The notes beneath the pieces were generated by a model that did not search any database, had not been told where the DNA came from, and saw only the letters and a program-made list of their open reading frames with translations. A program made the position numbers and the translations under genes. DNA of 63,900 nucleotides, the filler included, from Folioceros fuciformis (lineage: Eukaryota): assembly GCA_049999805.1 (NCBI GenBank). It is 12 parts of 12 records of this genome, joined end to end, with 100 filler letters (N's around TTAATTAATTAA, not from the genome) between each part and the next. Parts side by side here need not be neighbours in the genome. Positions count along the whole stretch, not along the records: positions 1 to 6,157 come from JBNGIO010000933.1; positions 6,258 to 9,721 come from JBNGIO010000934.1; positions 9,822 to 16,090 come from JBNGIO010000935.1; 9 more parts are not named here. One strand, given 5' to 3'. This document shows, piece by piece, positions 1-11,419 of the stretch (the first letter of the stretch is position 1; each line of letters begins with the position of its first letter).

Positions 1-826
1 CAGCAGCAGCAGCATCACCACAAGAGGCAGAAGAGGAGGAGGAAGAAGAAGGCGCAAGCAAGCGTTTAGAGGCAGCCCTAGGCCGGAGGGCAGAGCGCGC
101 CAAGGCCTTAGGTCCGGCAAGCCACAGGACTGCCGAGACCATGGACCGAATCAGGCCTCAGACAAAAATCGAAACGATCCGTCACAACAATGGCTCGCTT
201 CCGGACTGCAATTCGTGCCAACGCAACGCAAGAATGAGAGACGGCGCGGATGCGCGATCAACAACGCTATCCGAGGATGTGGGAGAGAACGCAAGGAACG
301 ATTTCGGGTACAGCGCGGAGGAACAGAGGCGAAGAGAAGGAAAACAAAACCGCGGCGAGCCGGTTCCGATACAGTGGAAAGCGAGCTCATTTCGTCTAGG
401 CAGGACAAGGACAAGGGCAACAGCGGCTTCGTTGATCGGCGGCAGGTAGCCACGTGCAGGTGCGCCACAGGCGCGGAGTCCCGTAACCTGGAGCAATTAC
501 GGCGTGACGCGAACGTAGCTGCGGAATGTGGGCCGCTGTTCGCAACCGGCCCACCGGTTCCTCCGGAGGTGGGCGGGCTGAAATGCCGGTGAGTTCTGCC
601 GCAATTAATTGACCAAATGACCGCGGGCAAGGCCCGAACTGAGATCCTTCTTGCCCGCGAGAGGTTGCAAGTAAATTTCGCACTGGCCCCGTTATGGAAA
701 ACGCGACGCAACGTAGTCTGACCGTTGATGTTCCGGCTGACAGATTCAGGCACAAAAGTTTCTTCCACACAATGTAGGTCTGGACTGGCCTCGACTGGAG
801 ATATTATGAACGACTGTCCTCAGCCT

Positions 827-2552
827 TCAGGCCAGCGCCGCCAGCGGGAAGATGTTGATGCTGTCCAGGCTTGTCGTTGGCGGAAGAAGCTGCACGGGAC
901 GCGGTGCAAGTTAGAATGCATGAAGGACGGAGTTTGATTGATGACTAGTTTGGTGGCGAGACTGGAGGTTCTTGCTCACAGATTCGCGGTCGATAAGAGA
1001 GAAAGTCTTCAACTCGGTTTCCTTGTTGAACAGGATTTGCTTGATCTGAACACCAACCGGGTGGTTAAAGGCCAAGGTCGAGGAAAGGAAGCGGAAGGGA
1101 AGGTAAAGGAGGGTTCGTTACCACGGAAGCCACGTCGGGTCGGGGGACGAGTCCGGCTATGGTTGTATCCTCCGTCAGGATTCCACGTCCGGTGGCAGGC
1201 TGTGAGGGACAGACAAGTGGTCGGTGAGGGAGTGAGGGTTGTGAAATTTTGTCTGATTGGAAGGAGGGAATCGTACTCACGTCATTGAGGAGTCCTCCTG
1301 GCCGGAGAATCGTCCACCTGAGGCCGCTTTGCTTGAGATACTCCTCAGCCTCCCCCTTGGCCAGCAGCACTTGTTCCAGTACTTGGTACGTCTGCACACC
1401 AGAAAGGAGCAGCAAGCCTCATGCTGGCATTGAAAGCTGGTCCCTTGTTGCATCCAGAGACACACAAATGGCACAAAGTGAGTGATCGGTATCCACCTGC
1501 GGTGTCACTGCACCCGAGCTGTTCCCAACTCCGATGCTGCTGATCTGCAATGTTGACACGGGAATATTGTGAGTGGCGTCATGTGGCCGCACACAGCATC
1601 TGACAGAGAAGCTTCATTGCTGTTGGTTGGTTGGTTGGTGGTGTCGTGACATAGGGGGGTTACCAGAATGAACCTTTTCACTCCCGCTTTCTTGGCAGCA
1701 TCGATCAAATTGATGGCACCGTCCTGGAAAGGCATTTGGCAACAAGGCTGAGTTCGTGTGGGATGCAGGCACATGGATGGAAGGACGAGCTTTAGAAAAA
1801 CCCTATTGATGAGCCCTCACCTTGTCAACCTGGACGTCCTTCGTTCCTCCACCTGCGCATTGACGATCCGATCCACAGCCCATCAGTGTTGGAGCACGTC
1901 GTGCAGTGCAGTGTGGTGTAGATCGTGCAGGAAGGATGGATGAAGAGAGCAAGCCAGCACACCACACCTACGGTGCACACCACGGCGTCGAAGGAGTTAG
2001 TCCTGAAAACCTTGGCGATGGCTTCTTTATCTAGGACGTCCCCGATGGCAAGCATTGCCCCAAGCTCCTCGATGTCTTTGCGGTACTTGTCATGCCTCTG
2101 GTAGGCAGTGACCCACGAGCCTGCCTTTGCCAGAGACTTCAAGGTCTCCAGCCCGCACCCGCCACCACCAACCACCAGAACTAATGCAATGCACAACACA
2201 TCAGCAAACGAGTCAGAGGCTGCCGCTGGCAAACAAACACATTCAAAACAATGACTGCATCACCGGTGGCATTGTCGACGGTGAGCTCTTCTGCTGCTGC
2301 TGCTGCTTGGCTCCTGGGGATCACGCACCCCTGTCTGCCCAACCTATTGCAGCTCACTCCTCGAGACCCCGCTCCCGAATCGCCCCACCATAGCCGTAAG
2401 TGGGAGCATTTCCCGCTGCCGGCAGCAATGCAGGCCTGCCTACCTCTCCCCGCACAAACTGCCCCGCTGCATCCAGCAGCTTGAACTGTAGCTCCTTCCG
2501 CGAGGTGACCTGCTCTTGGAACAGTCCACGGCCCCGACACCGACACGGCCAT
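827..2552 (-). CDS. NAD(P)-binding Rossmann-fold (atypical SDR) protein, probably plastid-targeted, multi-exon
   Basis: Spliced pieces VLVVGGGGCGLETLK, FDAVVCTVGG, DGAINLIDAAKKAGVKRFIL-ISSIGVGNS, KGEAEEYLKQSGLRWTILRPGGL, ATGRGILTED and a last exon LLPPTTSLDSINIFPLAALA* join in frame over short GT-AG introns. ATG at 2552 is followed by a Ser/Ala/Gly/Arg-rich transit-like leader. Confidence 0.85.
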
Positions 2553-3407
2553 ATCTCACACACTGCCTGGTGTGGACCGACGACGAGTAGCGCAAAACAC
2601 AAACGGACTCTCTACTATTCCGACGGATCGACGGTCTGCAACCTATGCCCTGACGCAATGCCGTTGATTGGAAAACTTCCGTGTTTCCTCGGCTGGCGGA
2701 CTGCACCGTCCAGGCAGCGATGTACACAGGGGAACACCGAACTCAAATAGATGGGTCATCCCCAGGCAGCGCAACAGGGTCGACGATTAAAGATCAGAGT
2801 TGGCATTTGAGAGAATGTACATTCACCACAAGTGGAGAGCAGATGTTACAGAGTACATTATCATACTGCAATACACACTAGGAACCAATACACCGGTGGA
2901 CCACTTCCTTGAGTGCACATAGCCTTCACCAAGGATGATCACTTCCACATCAGGGCTCCTACCACCCTGCTAAGAATCAAGTCAGTCACATTATGCTATG
3001 GAGAGCTAAAACGTGAAGGTGCAACAGACTAGCTAGCTATCTTCAACCAAAAACCAATCCAGAGATCACCCTCTGGCCATGGCGACCTGCTCACTCTACG
3101 TACACATAACCACCCGGCGACAGCTTTCGATCACTACTTCCCACCTTCAGGGGAGCCCAATATAGTACAACAGGAGTTTATCGTACCCTGCATGCTGCTC
3201 CTTGCCTTTCGTCCCCCTTGTAATGTCATCGCTTTAGAGTTTGAAGCCGCTTCATCCATCCAACCTTCACTCCAATTTTTTTTTATTCCTCTCGCCGCTC
3301 AAAAAAATGATGTCAGTGCTCAAAGCTAAGCTCTGTCCCCATTCCCGCACCCCTGCCCTGCCCTCTCCTCGTTCCAGCCCAACCTCAACCCCATCCTCCT
3401 GAACAAG

Positions 3408-6076
3408 CTAGAAGCTAATAAGATCCATGCAGGGGGATGTTGTGACTGGCGATACAGGCATCGTATAATGAAACTCTATCTGCAGTCGCTGATGCATTGG
3501 TATCTTTCCCAGAAGGCCCTTCTTGATATCGTTTTCCAGTTCCCTCAAAGGAAGGGCCGCAAAGAATCCTTTCACAAACTCACAGCATGCCTTCTTCCCA
3601 ACGTGAGCTGCTGCATCTGTGCCCATCTCCTTATCCATCACAGCCTCCACAATCTCAGTTCCAGGCTTTGCTGCCTCCTCGTCAACCTTCGGCGGCGTGT
3701 TCTGTTCTACTTTCACGGCCTCCTCCAACTTTCCCGGCTCCCTCTCCACCTTTACCGCCTGTTTCTCTCCCTTGGCTGCCTGCTTCTCGGACTTCACCGC
3801 CTGCTTCACGGCCTCTTTCTCGACCTTTGGTGTAGCTTCCTTGTCACCCTTTGGTGCCGCCTCTTTGGTTAGCTTTGCTGAGGCTTCCTGTGGAGGAGCT
3901 GCTTCTTTCAACCGGCAAAGTGATGACCGAGCATCAAACTGCAGAATATAAGCCTGATCACATCCCTCATAGAGCCTCTCCCCCAAGGTGTCAATAATGT
4001 AATACGTGTTCTCCTCCACTTTCAGGACAAAGAAATGATCATTCCAGCTTACAATGTACACCGCCGGTCCAGCACGTTCTATTTCATTCCAGATTCCATC
4101 AAAAGTCATAGCCCCTTGTAGAAACTCGAAGGAAGCACCCAGCCCCTCCGGTTTGAAAAACCCAACGTAGGATTTCTCCGCAACCACACACAGTGGTCGC
4201 ACTCCAGCTTGGAGAACAGTCTCCAGATCAAAATGCCGGTCCGGAAACCGGTCCTTATAAGCTTCCACTTCACACAACCTTCGCCACTCAGCTGACCCAT
4301 CGCGGATGAGCATGTCAAACTCTGCCTTGCTGGGCATCCAGGTTGGATACTTGTGCAACCAGTCAGCAATGACTGCGACAAGCGCTGTGCAAGCGCTTTC
4401 ACCGGCGGCACTCTCGCTTCGCTGGTCAAACGTGGCAAAGAAAACACTTGTCGACAGCTTCAAGTTCCTATCTCTGTTCTCCACCTCCTTCTGCTCCCAT
4501 ATTCCCACACTGAATAAGCCGTCCCCACCAAAATCCACGGCACCTTGAGCTAACAAATCATCCCCCGTCCCAGCCTGCAATACAGGAAAGTTGAGCAGGA
4601 TGGCACCAAAATCCAGCAGAAGCAAAACAAACAAACAGACTACCAAGCACAAGCAGCAGGCAAGCATGGAGAGCAGATAGGATGGATTTACCGAAATGGC
4701 AAGCGGCTCTGGAGCTCCAGACATGCGGCGGTCCCAATCAATCTCATCACCGCCTTCTTCGGCGAATGCCTTGTTCAATAAGGGCTCCCCTCTTGAACGC
4801 GGGGACCTAAAGCTTAACTTCCTCTTCCTCCAAGAAAGAAGACCTCGCATGGATGACTGGTAAAACATCAATTCTGAATCTGTATTCGAAGTCTCGTCAT
4901 CAGATTTGGGGATGCCCACAGAAGCTGCTCTGCTGTGAATGGATATGACGCTCCCGGTGGCTTCATCTACCAGGACATCTTCCCGATGAAAAGGAATGGC
5001 CCCTTCGACGACCAGGTTGGCACCGGCTATAGTTCCATAGCTGAAGGACTTGACAAAACTGATGTCCTCCTCCCGATAATCCTCGTCCTCGAAGTCCTCC
5101 ACGAAGTCTGTGTCGTAAGGGTCACTGATGGAGTCCTGAGTGCTACCTTCGCTGTGAGGAGACGACTTCCCGTCCTCAGTAGAGTCATCGTACATGGGAC
5201 TCTTCTTTCCCTTGGACGCCGCTGCACTCTGTTTAGATCCTTTGATCTTCCTCAGGCCAGTTCTGTCGCCATCACGTACTTCTCTCCAGCCAAGAGGTGC
5301 TCCCATGCATGGAAACGACGGGGCAATACCCTTGAGACTTACAGGACTCTCCGACGTGGTTCGCAGCTCTACGAAGCTGAAGGTTGCCTGACACGAAACA
5401 AGATGCAAGCAAAATCAAAAAACGCGTTCGTGGTTTCTGCAACAAGTTCTACAACACTGTCCACAAAGGGACAAGAAGCAAGAATGATCTTACAACAAGG
5501 CAGGCTTCCGTCTGCGTTCCCTTGATGGTGCAAATGACCGGAAGCTTTTGCTCCTCACATGTGTTGCCCTCCGTGGACGCGAAGGCAGCCAAATTAACAA
5601 AAACGGTACCGACAACCGACCGCTTGGCTTTGGAACCAGAAACTGCCACCTGCGATCAGGCATCGCACCTACATCATCAGAGCCTCTCCTCCATGCTTTC
5701 CCTAAAGGTCCAAAAGGGACGAGCAGCAAGATTGTAATGAACAAACCTGACGGATGACGAAGTAGACATCCCAAGGAAGAAAGGAACTGGCAGTCTTGGC
5801 GAGGCTGAGCACGCAGACATGCTCAAACTTGTGCTCCCAGACTATACTAGCAGCATCCGGATCATGCGCGCCCTCCATCCCTGTGGCACTCTTCATACTC
5901 CTCCGGAACCGCGAGCCAAGCGTGCCCTTGGGCCCCTTCCACTTGACATCAAGAAGCACCTGAGAATCCGCCAGGCCGTCCAACGCCGCGCCCTCCAGCC
6001 TGTGCAACGTGAGGTTCACCTGGTACTTCTTGGAGAAGAGATGGCGCATGGGCCATCGCATCACCTTCATCACCAT
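3408..6076 (-). CDS. NT-type C2 (EEIG1/EHBP1-like) domain protein with a conserved plant C-terminal domain
   Basis: N-terminus MVMKVMRWP..KYQVNLTLHRLEG..VKWKGPK..VWEHKFEHVC..FLPWDVYF, then VVGTVFVNLAAFA. Family motifs LLSWRKRKLSFRSPRSRGEPLL, FFATFDQRSESAAGESACTALVAVIADW, YIVSWNDHFFVLKV and LHQRLQIEFHYT-like. Short introns near 5710-5750, 5380-5490 and 4577-4691. Confidence 0.85.
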
Positions 6077-6111
6077 GGCGGCCAGCTTCGTCCGCGTGCT
6101 CACCTAACCCC

Positions 6112-6146
6112 CTACTCTACTCTACTCTACTCTACTCTACTCTACA
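6112..6146 (+). repeat. (CTACT)n microsatellite upstream of the NT-C2 gene
   Basis: About 7 tandem CTACT units just before the contig end. Confidence 0.9.
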
Positions 6147-6157
6147 CTATTCTAATC

Positions 6158-6257
6158 NNNNNNNNNNNNNNNNNNNNNNNNNNNNNNNNNNNNNNNNNNN
6201 NTTAATTAATTAANNNNNNNNNNNNNNNNNNNNNNNNNNNNNNNNNNNNNNNNNNNN
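6158..6257. other. Artificial contig-joining spacer N44-TTAATTAATTAA-N44 (also at 9722, 16091, 20449, 23100, 29860, 34934, 43621, 46682, 54321, 62449)
   Basis: The same 100-nt block occurs 11 times. TTAATTAATTAA gives stops in all six frames, and genes and repeats are cut off at these points. Confidence 0.98.
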
Positions 6258-6520
6258 GGGTCTGATGATGGAAGGGCTGGTGACGACAGGCGCGGGAGAG
6301 GGTCTGATGATGGAAGGGCTGGTGACGACAGGCGCGGGAGAGGGTCTGATGATGGAAGGGCTGGTGACGACAGGCGCGGGAGAGGGTCTGATGATGGAAG
6401 GGCTGGTGACGACAGGCGCGGGAGGGCGTCTGATGATGGAAGGGCTGGTGACGATAGGTGCGGGAGGGGGTCTGATGATGGAAGGATTGGTGACAACAGG
6501 CGCGGGAGAGGGTCTGACAA
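6258..6520 (+). repeat. 42-bp minisatellite, at least 6 copies, truncated by the contig edge
   Basis: Unit GGGTCTGATGATGGAAGGGCTGGTGACGACAGGCGCGGGAGA. Copies are near-identical at the contig edge and more diverged rightwards. Confidence 0.95.
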
Positions 6521-7591
6521 TGGCAAGGCAAAGAAGGATGATGATGTGAGAGACGAGAATGGGAGGAGAGTACAAGTTTCGACGAATGGCAGATTTGAAA
6601 ACAGCAGAGCGCAGGATGGTAACGAAAAGGGGAGGTGATGCTGATGAAGCGAAGGATGACGAAGGAAGGAGATCCAAATATATCTCGACGAGACCACGAG
6701 ATGATTCGAAGTGGGATGAGGACAATGACCATAGATACAGAAAAAGAGCCGGCCGGACGGGAGGTCAACATAGGTGGAAGGGAGAGGGAGGATCCGTGGT
6801 GGACAGAGATCAGGCATGAGGTATCAACAGCTAGCAGGGGTGATCGGTGACCTAAAGTGCATAAGGGAGGGAAGATTCTTGGGACAATAGATCAATGATC
6901 TGATCCATAGGTGTGGACTTGTATTTTGAAGAAGAGCTACATGTGGGTCATATTGGCCCAAGGACTCAGGTCCAATGGAGGATGTGGCATGGATGACCAG
7001 CCTGTTGAATTTGACGAGTAATGAGCTCAAAAGTCGGGTTAATTGCAGAATGGGTTCCGGAGTCCTGTGGGGAGTCCTCTGGCTAACATCACGCACATTG
7101 AAAACTCACTTGTTGCGGGGCTTGGGAGCTTGATCAAGTGGTGCGGTCCGCTGGTTCAACCCTTCCTTCAGTTTCGTCTTCTTCACAGCTTCTGGTACTC
7201 ACGGAAGGTTCCTGGTGCCCATCAGTTATAGAACTCCATGAGGACAAGTTGGTCGAACTATGTGTTCTTAAGACGTACAAGTTTGTCTGTTGGAGAATTA
7301 TGTAGTGATTCATCACAGTAGCAAGCTTCAGATAAGGAGGACTTTTACATCCAAGGTTGGTGCACGAGGATGGGAATTATTGACTGTACCATCTTTGTAC
7401 AGTGGGTTGGCACTACTGTGGGTAAAAACTGGGAATATTAATCATTAGGCTGTCTCTGTTATTGGCATAAAAAAAATCTGTCCACTGGTTGAGAGAAAGA
7501 AGTCTTGCGACTTCTCGCAAAAGACGAGATGTTGAGGACACCTCGGAAAAGCCATTTCATTGGATGGCTCAACAGAGGGGACACAAACACC

Positions 7592-9721
7592 TCAAGCATG
7601 TACCGTGATGTCATTCACCTGCTCGAATCTGAGGAGGGTGTCGACCGGGATCTCGGGCGGGTGATCGCTGATCTCGCCGTAGGTGTTGATGAGGCGGTAC
7701 TCATGGCTGATCTGAATGGGAGTGTCTGCCGACACAGGCCTTTCCTCTGACCAGAGCTCAAGGTTGCAGGAGCCCGACCCCCAGTGGATGTAGCACGTTG
7801 CTACCTCTTCCACCTCGAAGGTGTTCACCACAGCTAGGCCAGTTCCCGTGTCGATCAAACTCCACACTCCGTTGGGCCGACTGTCCCCCTGTAAGGAAGC
7901 GTCTTCAGCCTCCGACGTGATCTCATGCATGCTTCCGTCGATGGCTGTGAACCTGACGACGGACGCGGTGGGGTCGATGAGGCGGAAAGTGGGATGCACC
8001 CTCAAGCACACCAGCCTGGAGAAGCCCCCTGACCCCGCCCCCACAGACCTGGCTTCGATCCTGGAGCAGATTTGGATGGCACTCTCGGAGACGCCGGGCG
8101 CCGGGGTCGCGTCCCCTGACAGCCCAATGCGCCGGGCCAGCACAAGGCCTCCTCCGATATCCCCTTCCATGCACAGGGCGTCATCTTGTTCCCTGTCCAC
8201 AATGTGATAAAACTCCGTGCATCCCGCAGATCGGTACTCCACCCCACTGTACTCCTCATAACCCCCCGACTCGACTCTGCTCCACAGCCACTCGTGCTTG
8301 CTGGGAAGATGTACCATGGACGTAATCCTCCCACCAATCCCCGGTACCACCTTCAGAGCCCAGTCTCCCCGCACTAAATCCACCAAAGTCTTTCTCTGCT
8401 CCTCCTCCTGAGCCTCCTCTTTCAGCAGGTGGTCCGCCCCGGCGTCGTGCACCGCCTGCTCCTCCACCAGCGCCTGTAGCCTCCTCCTGCTCCCGGCCAC
8501 CATCTGCGCAATCTCCTCCGCTGGAGGTAGCTTCACCAACACCTCCTCCCCGTCCCTTCCCTCCGCCTCCACAAAAACTCCATCGCCGACAAGCAGCCGC
8601 ACCTTCAACAATCGCTGGGGCCTCTTCCTCCGCCCCTCACACTCCCTCACACTCACCACCACGGCGGCCGCAGGAACTCCGTTGCCGGCCTGAGAGTACC
8701 TAGCCTGGTACCGTGTCAGCCGATAATCCCCCTTCTTGTACCCAAACCCATCCCCATCATCCTCAAACAGCGTCCCCTCCGCACTCCCGCTCTCGTCCAG
8801 CGCCACCAGCAGCACGACAGCGTCGGTGTCCCGCGCCTGGCCCACATTCTGGATAACAGCTCCGGTGGGCACAATGCTCCCGCCTCTAAGATGCAGCAAA
8901 GGGAGATCCGTGTGCTGATCCTGAAAATCGAACCATCGCCAAATCCCATTGGGCAGAAGCACTGAGGCAGGGTCGAACGTCGTCTTGAGACTAGTGTTCA
9001 CGGACACTAGAAGAGAACCCAGCAGGAAGGCGTCGTCCGCTTCCCGCAACCTGGGGTCCTTGGGGTCCGCGAAGAAGAGCGGGGTCGTGACAGGGATTCC
9101 CGTCCGGTGCGCCAGGTACATAAGGGTGTAGAGATGCGGGAGGAGGCGGTACCGCCTTTCGAGCGCCAGCCTGCACACATCCTCCACCTCCTTCCCGAAA
9201 CTCCATGGCTCATGATCCGAGGTCCCTTTCTCCGAGTGCGCACGGCAGAAGGGCAGCAGCGAGCCCACCCCCATCCACCTGGCGAACATCCTGGGCGTGG
9301 CGTCCCCCGCAAAGCCCCCAATGTCAGGCCCCACCAGTGGCTGGCCGCTGAGCCCCAAATTGAGCGCCATGGGCACGCTCATGTGCAGATGCTCCCAGGT
9401 GGAGACGTTGTCCCCTGTCCAGGTGGCCGCGTACCTCTGGCTCCCGATCAGGCACGCCCGGGTGAGCACAAATGGGCGCCTCCCCGGATTCGCCAGCAGC
9501 ATCCCCTCGTAGGTGGACCTCGCCATGAGGGTCCCGTACGCATTGTGGTAGAAGGCATGGCTCTTCTTCCCTCCCAGCTCCGCGTCTCCCCTATGGATGT
9601 TGGTGAGGGGCATGGTCTTGGACACGCTGTTGAACACGGCAGGCTCGTTCATGTCATTCCAAATCCCGTCCACGCCCATCTCGCAGAACTTTCTCACATT
9701 CTCAGCCCACCAGGCCCGCGC
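7592..9721 (-). CDS. HGL1: GH31 alpha-glucosidase, heteroglycan glucosidase 1-like; 5'-truncated by the contig edge, no introns in the visible part
   Basis: Catalytic nucleophile motif GVDGIWNDMNEP, acid/base motif TWTGDN, GPDIGGF, RAHSEKGT and the plant HGL1-type C-terminus (RLVCLRVHPTF, HWGSGSCNLELWSEERPVS). The frame is open up to the gap (ARAWWAENVRKF). Confidence 0.9.
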   Translation of the reverse strand, partial: ARAWWAENVRKFCEMGVDGIWNDMNEPAVFNSVSKTMPLTNIHRGDAELGGKKSHAFYHNAYGTLMARSTYEGMLLANPGRRPFVLTRACLIGSQRYAATWTGDNVSTWEHLHMSVPMALNLGLSGQPLVGPDIGGFAGDATPRMFARWMGVGSLLPFCRAHSEKGTSDHEPWSFGKEVEDVCRLALERRYRLLPHLYTLMYLAHRTGIPVTTPLFFADPKDPRLREADDAFLLGSLLVSVNTSLKTTFDPASVLLPNGIWRWFDFQDQHTDLPLLHLRGGSIVPTGAVIQNVGQARDTDAVVLLVALDESGSAEGTLFEDDGDGFGYKKGDYRLTRYQARYSQAGNGVPAAAVVVSVRECEGRRKRPQRLLKVRLLVGDGVFVEAEGRDGEEVLVKLPPAEEIAQMVAGSRRRLQALVEEQAVHDAGADHLLKEEAQEEEQRKTLVDLVRGDWALKVVPGIGGRITSMVHLPSKHEWLWSRVESGGYEEYSGVEYRSAGCTEFYHIVDREQDDALCMEGDIGGGLVLARRIGLSGDATPAPGVSESAIQICSRIEARSVGAGSGGFSRLVCLRVHPTFRLIDPTASVVRFTAIDGSMHEITSEAEDASLQGDSRPNGVWSLIDTGTGLAVVNTFEVEEVATCYIHWGSGSCNLELWSEERPVSADTPIQISHEYRLINTYGEISDHPPEIPVDTLLRFEQVNDITVHA

Positions 9722-11419
9722 NNNNNNNNNNNNNNNNNNNNNNNNNNNNNNNNNNNNNNNNNNNNTTAATTAATTAANNNNNNNNNNNNNNNNNNNNNNN
9801 NNNNNNNNNNNNNNNNNNNNNAGGGGGCAGAGCAAGGTGGCAACCCGAGCGCACTGTGCAGCAAACAGTGGCTAGCCACAAAGCCGGAGGAAAGGACCCC
9901 GCTCGCAGAGAGAGAGGCAACAGAGCGGTTCTGTGGAGGCGAGCGGAGCCGAGGCGGGTAGACAGTCGAGCACAGCAAAGGCAAACAGTCTTGGCACACT
10001 TAGCCTCAGCAGCAGCAGGACGTCTGACGGTCTTTGCCTCGCACGCAGGCGCAGGCCCAGCCGTAGGCTTAGGGGTCGGCCCTGAGGAGGACTCGGCAGC
10101 GCCAACAACCAAGCCGCGTTCCCAGACTCGGGCTCGGACGCGGGCTCGGGCTCGGGCTCAGGCTCTCAGCAAGACGAGCACTAGACAGCAACTTCGAATG
10201 GGGGAAGAAGTTGAATGCCTCGCTCCTGCACCATCTTATACGCTCCCTCCAACACCTACCCCACACCCTCTCTCCTCGATGTAAATATGTATGCAATGTA
10301 TTTTTTTTTTGGGAAAACGGAGACCGTTCCACGAACCTTCCATCCCCGAATGTGCACTACTATGTATGTTCCCTTTCGCACTAGGGATCCATTATCTCAT
10401 CGATTCCGCCCCTCACATCACCGCTATGGACCGATCTGCTAAGAAAATGGTCACTATGGGCCGAATATTCTAAAAACCAACATATGTAGGCTATGGCATA
10501 TGAAAGTTCTGGGCATTCATCATTCCCTCCTTGTCCCCTTGTAAAGAAAAAAAAATTCGTTTCTCCACAGTACGGCATAATATTTGCTCCCGTCACACCA
10601 CCATTCCCCTTCCTTCCTCGGAGGACGGAAGGAGGATAGAGCACAGCACCAAAGGTGGGTGACGAAGGAATGTAATCTTTGTCCATTTGTCCAATTCGCT
10701 CGCTCTTGCGGGGTGGGGCATGTGGCCAATAGCATGGGTGTGCAGTTTTTGCCCAGTAGGTTTCAATGTTTGGGTGACTGCCTGTTGTGTACCCATGACG
10801 TCCAGTCTGCTACGCAGAGCCGTGGGTTGGGTTGGTGTGACGCTCATGAGGGACGGCCTAAAATGCTACTCGTGCCCACCTCGGACTAGACGTTCAACCA
10901 CCTTGGAACAGGACGTGTAGAATGGTGTGAACTGGTGGGGAGCGTGGACAGCTGCTAAAATTGCTGGCCTCCCACCGCTAGAAAGGAGGGTATGAGAACG
11001 GGGTTGGAGCGGCGGCGGTGTAGCTGGCTGGGATTGTCCGACGCCACACGCAGAAGAGGGCTGGCCACTGTTTGCGTGGGTAATTTGTGGACACAGAGGT
11101 AAAAAAGAAACCCGTGGGACCAGGCGGTCAACGATGGGGCTGCAGTGTTGCCGTGTTGCTGTGCTGGGGACCTTCTTTGGGAGTCGGAATCAAAGTACAG
11201 GTCGAAGGATCCTAGCCTCCCGGAACCCCATGTAGCAGGCAAACACAACTGCAACTGCAACTCCAGCAGACAGTACAAGATGACGCAGATGGGCATCGGT
11301 TTTACCGGACGTACTGTGCTCGAGCATAGCATATTCCAGTTCCAGTTTCAGTTCCACTTCCATTTCCAGATGGACACAAACTGCCAGTCCACGAAACTTA
11401 ACATGGCTATCTGCATACA

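Noticed and set aside
1-770. Several overlapping ORFs of 100-205 aa
   Set aside because: GC-rich, low-complexity sequence with no recognisable domain or consistent splice model. It is probably UTR or promoter of a gene cut by the window edge.
6158-6257. Regularly recurring TTAATTAATTAA palindrome as a biological repeat
   Set aside because: It is always flanked by exactly 44 N on each side, so it is an assembly linker. ORFs running into the Ns are artefacts.
6258-6520. Tandem hammerhead ribozymes (CTGATGA in each unit)
   Set aside because: There is no GAAA core partner or stem II/III pairing.
9107-9769. Long antisense or alternative-frame ORFs over HGL1, OFP (52390-53064, 53449-53946), PPR (47201-48085) and NT-C2 genes
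   Set aside because: These are shadow ORFs expected from GC-rich coding sequence.
9822-10260. Possible first exon of a gene on the minus strand
   Set aside because: No in-frame ATG with recognisable product was found, and it is truncated by the spacer.
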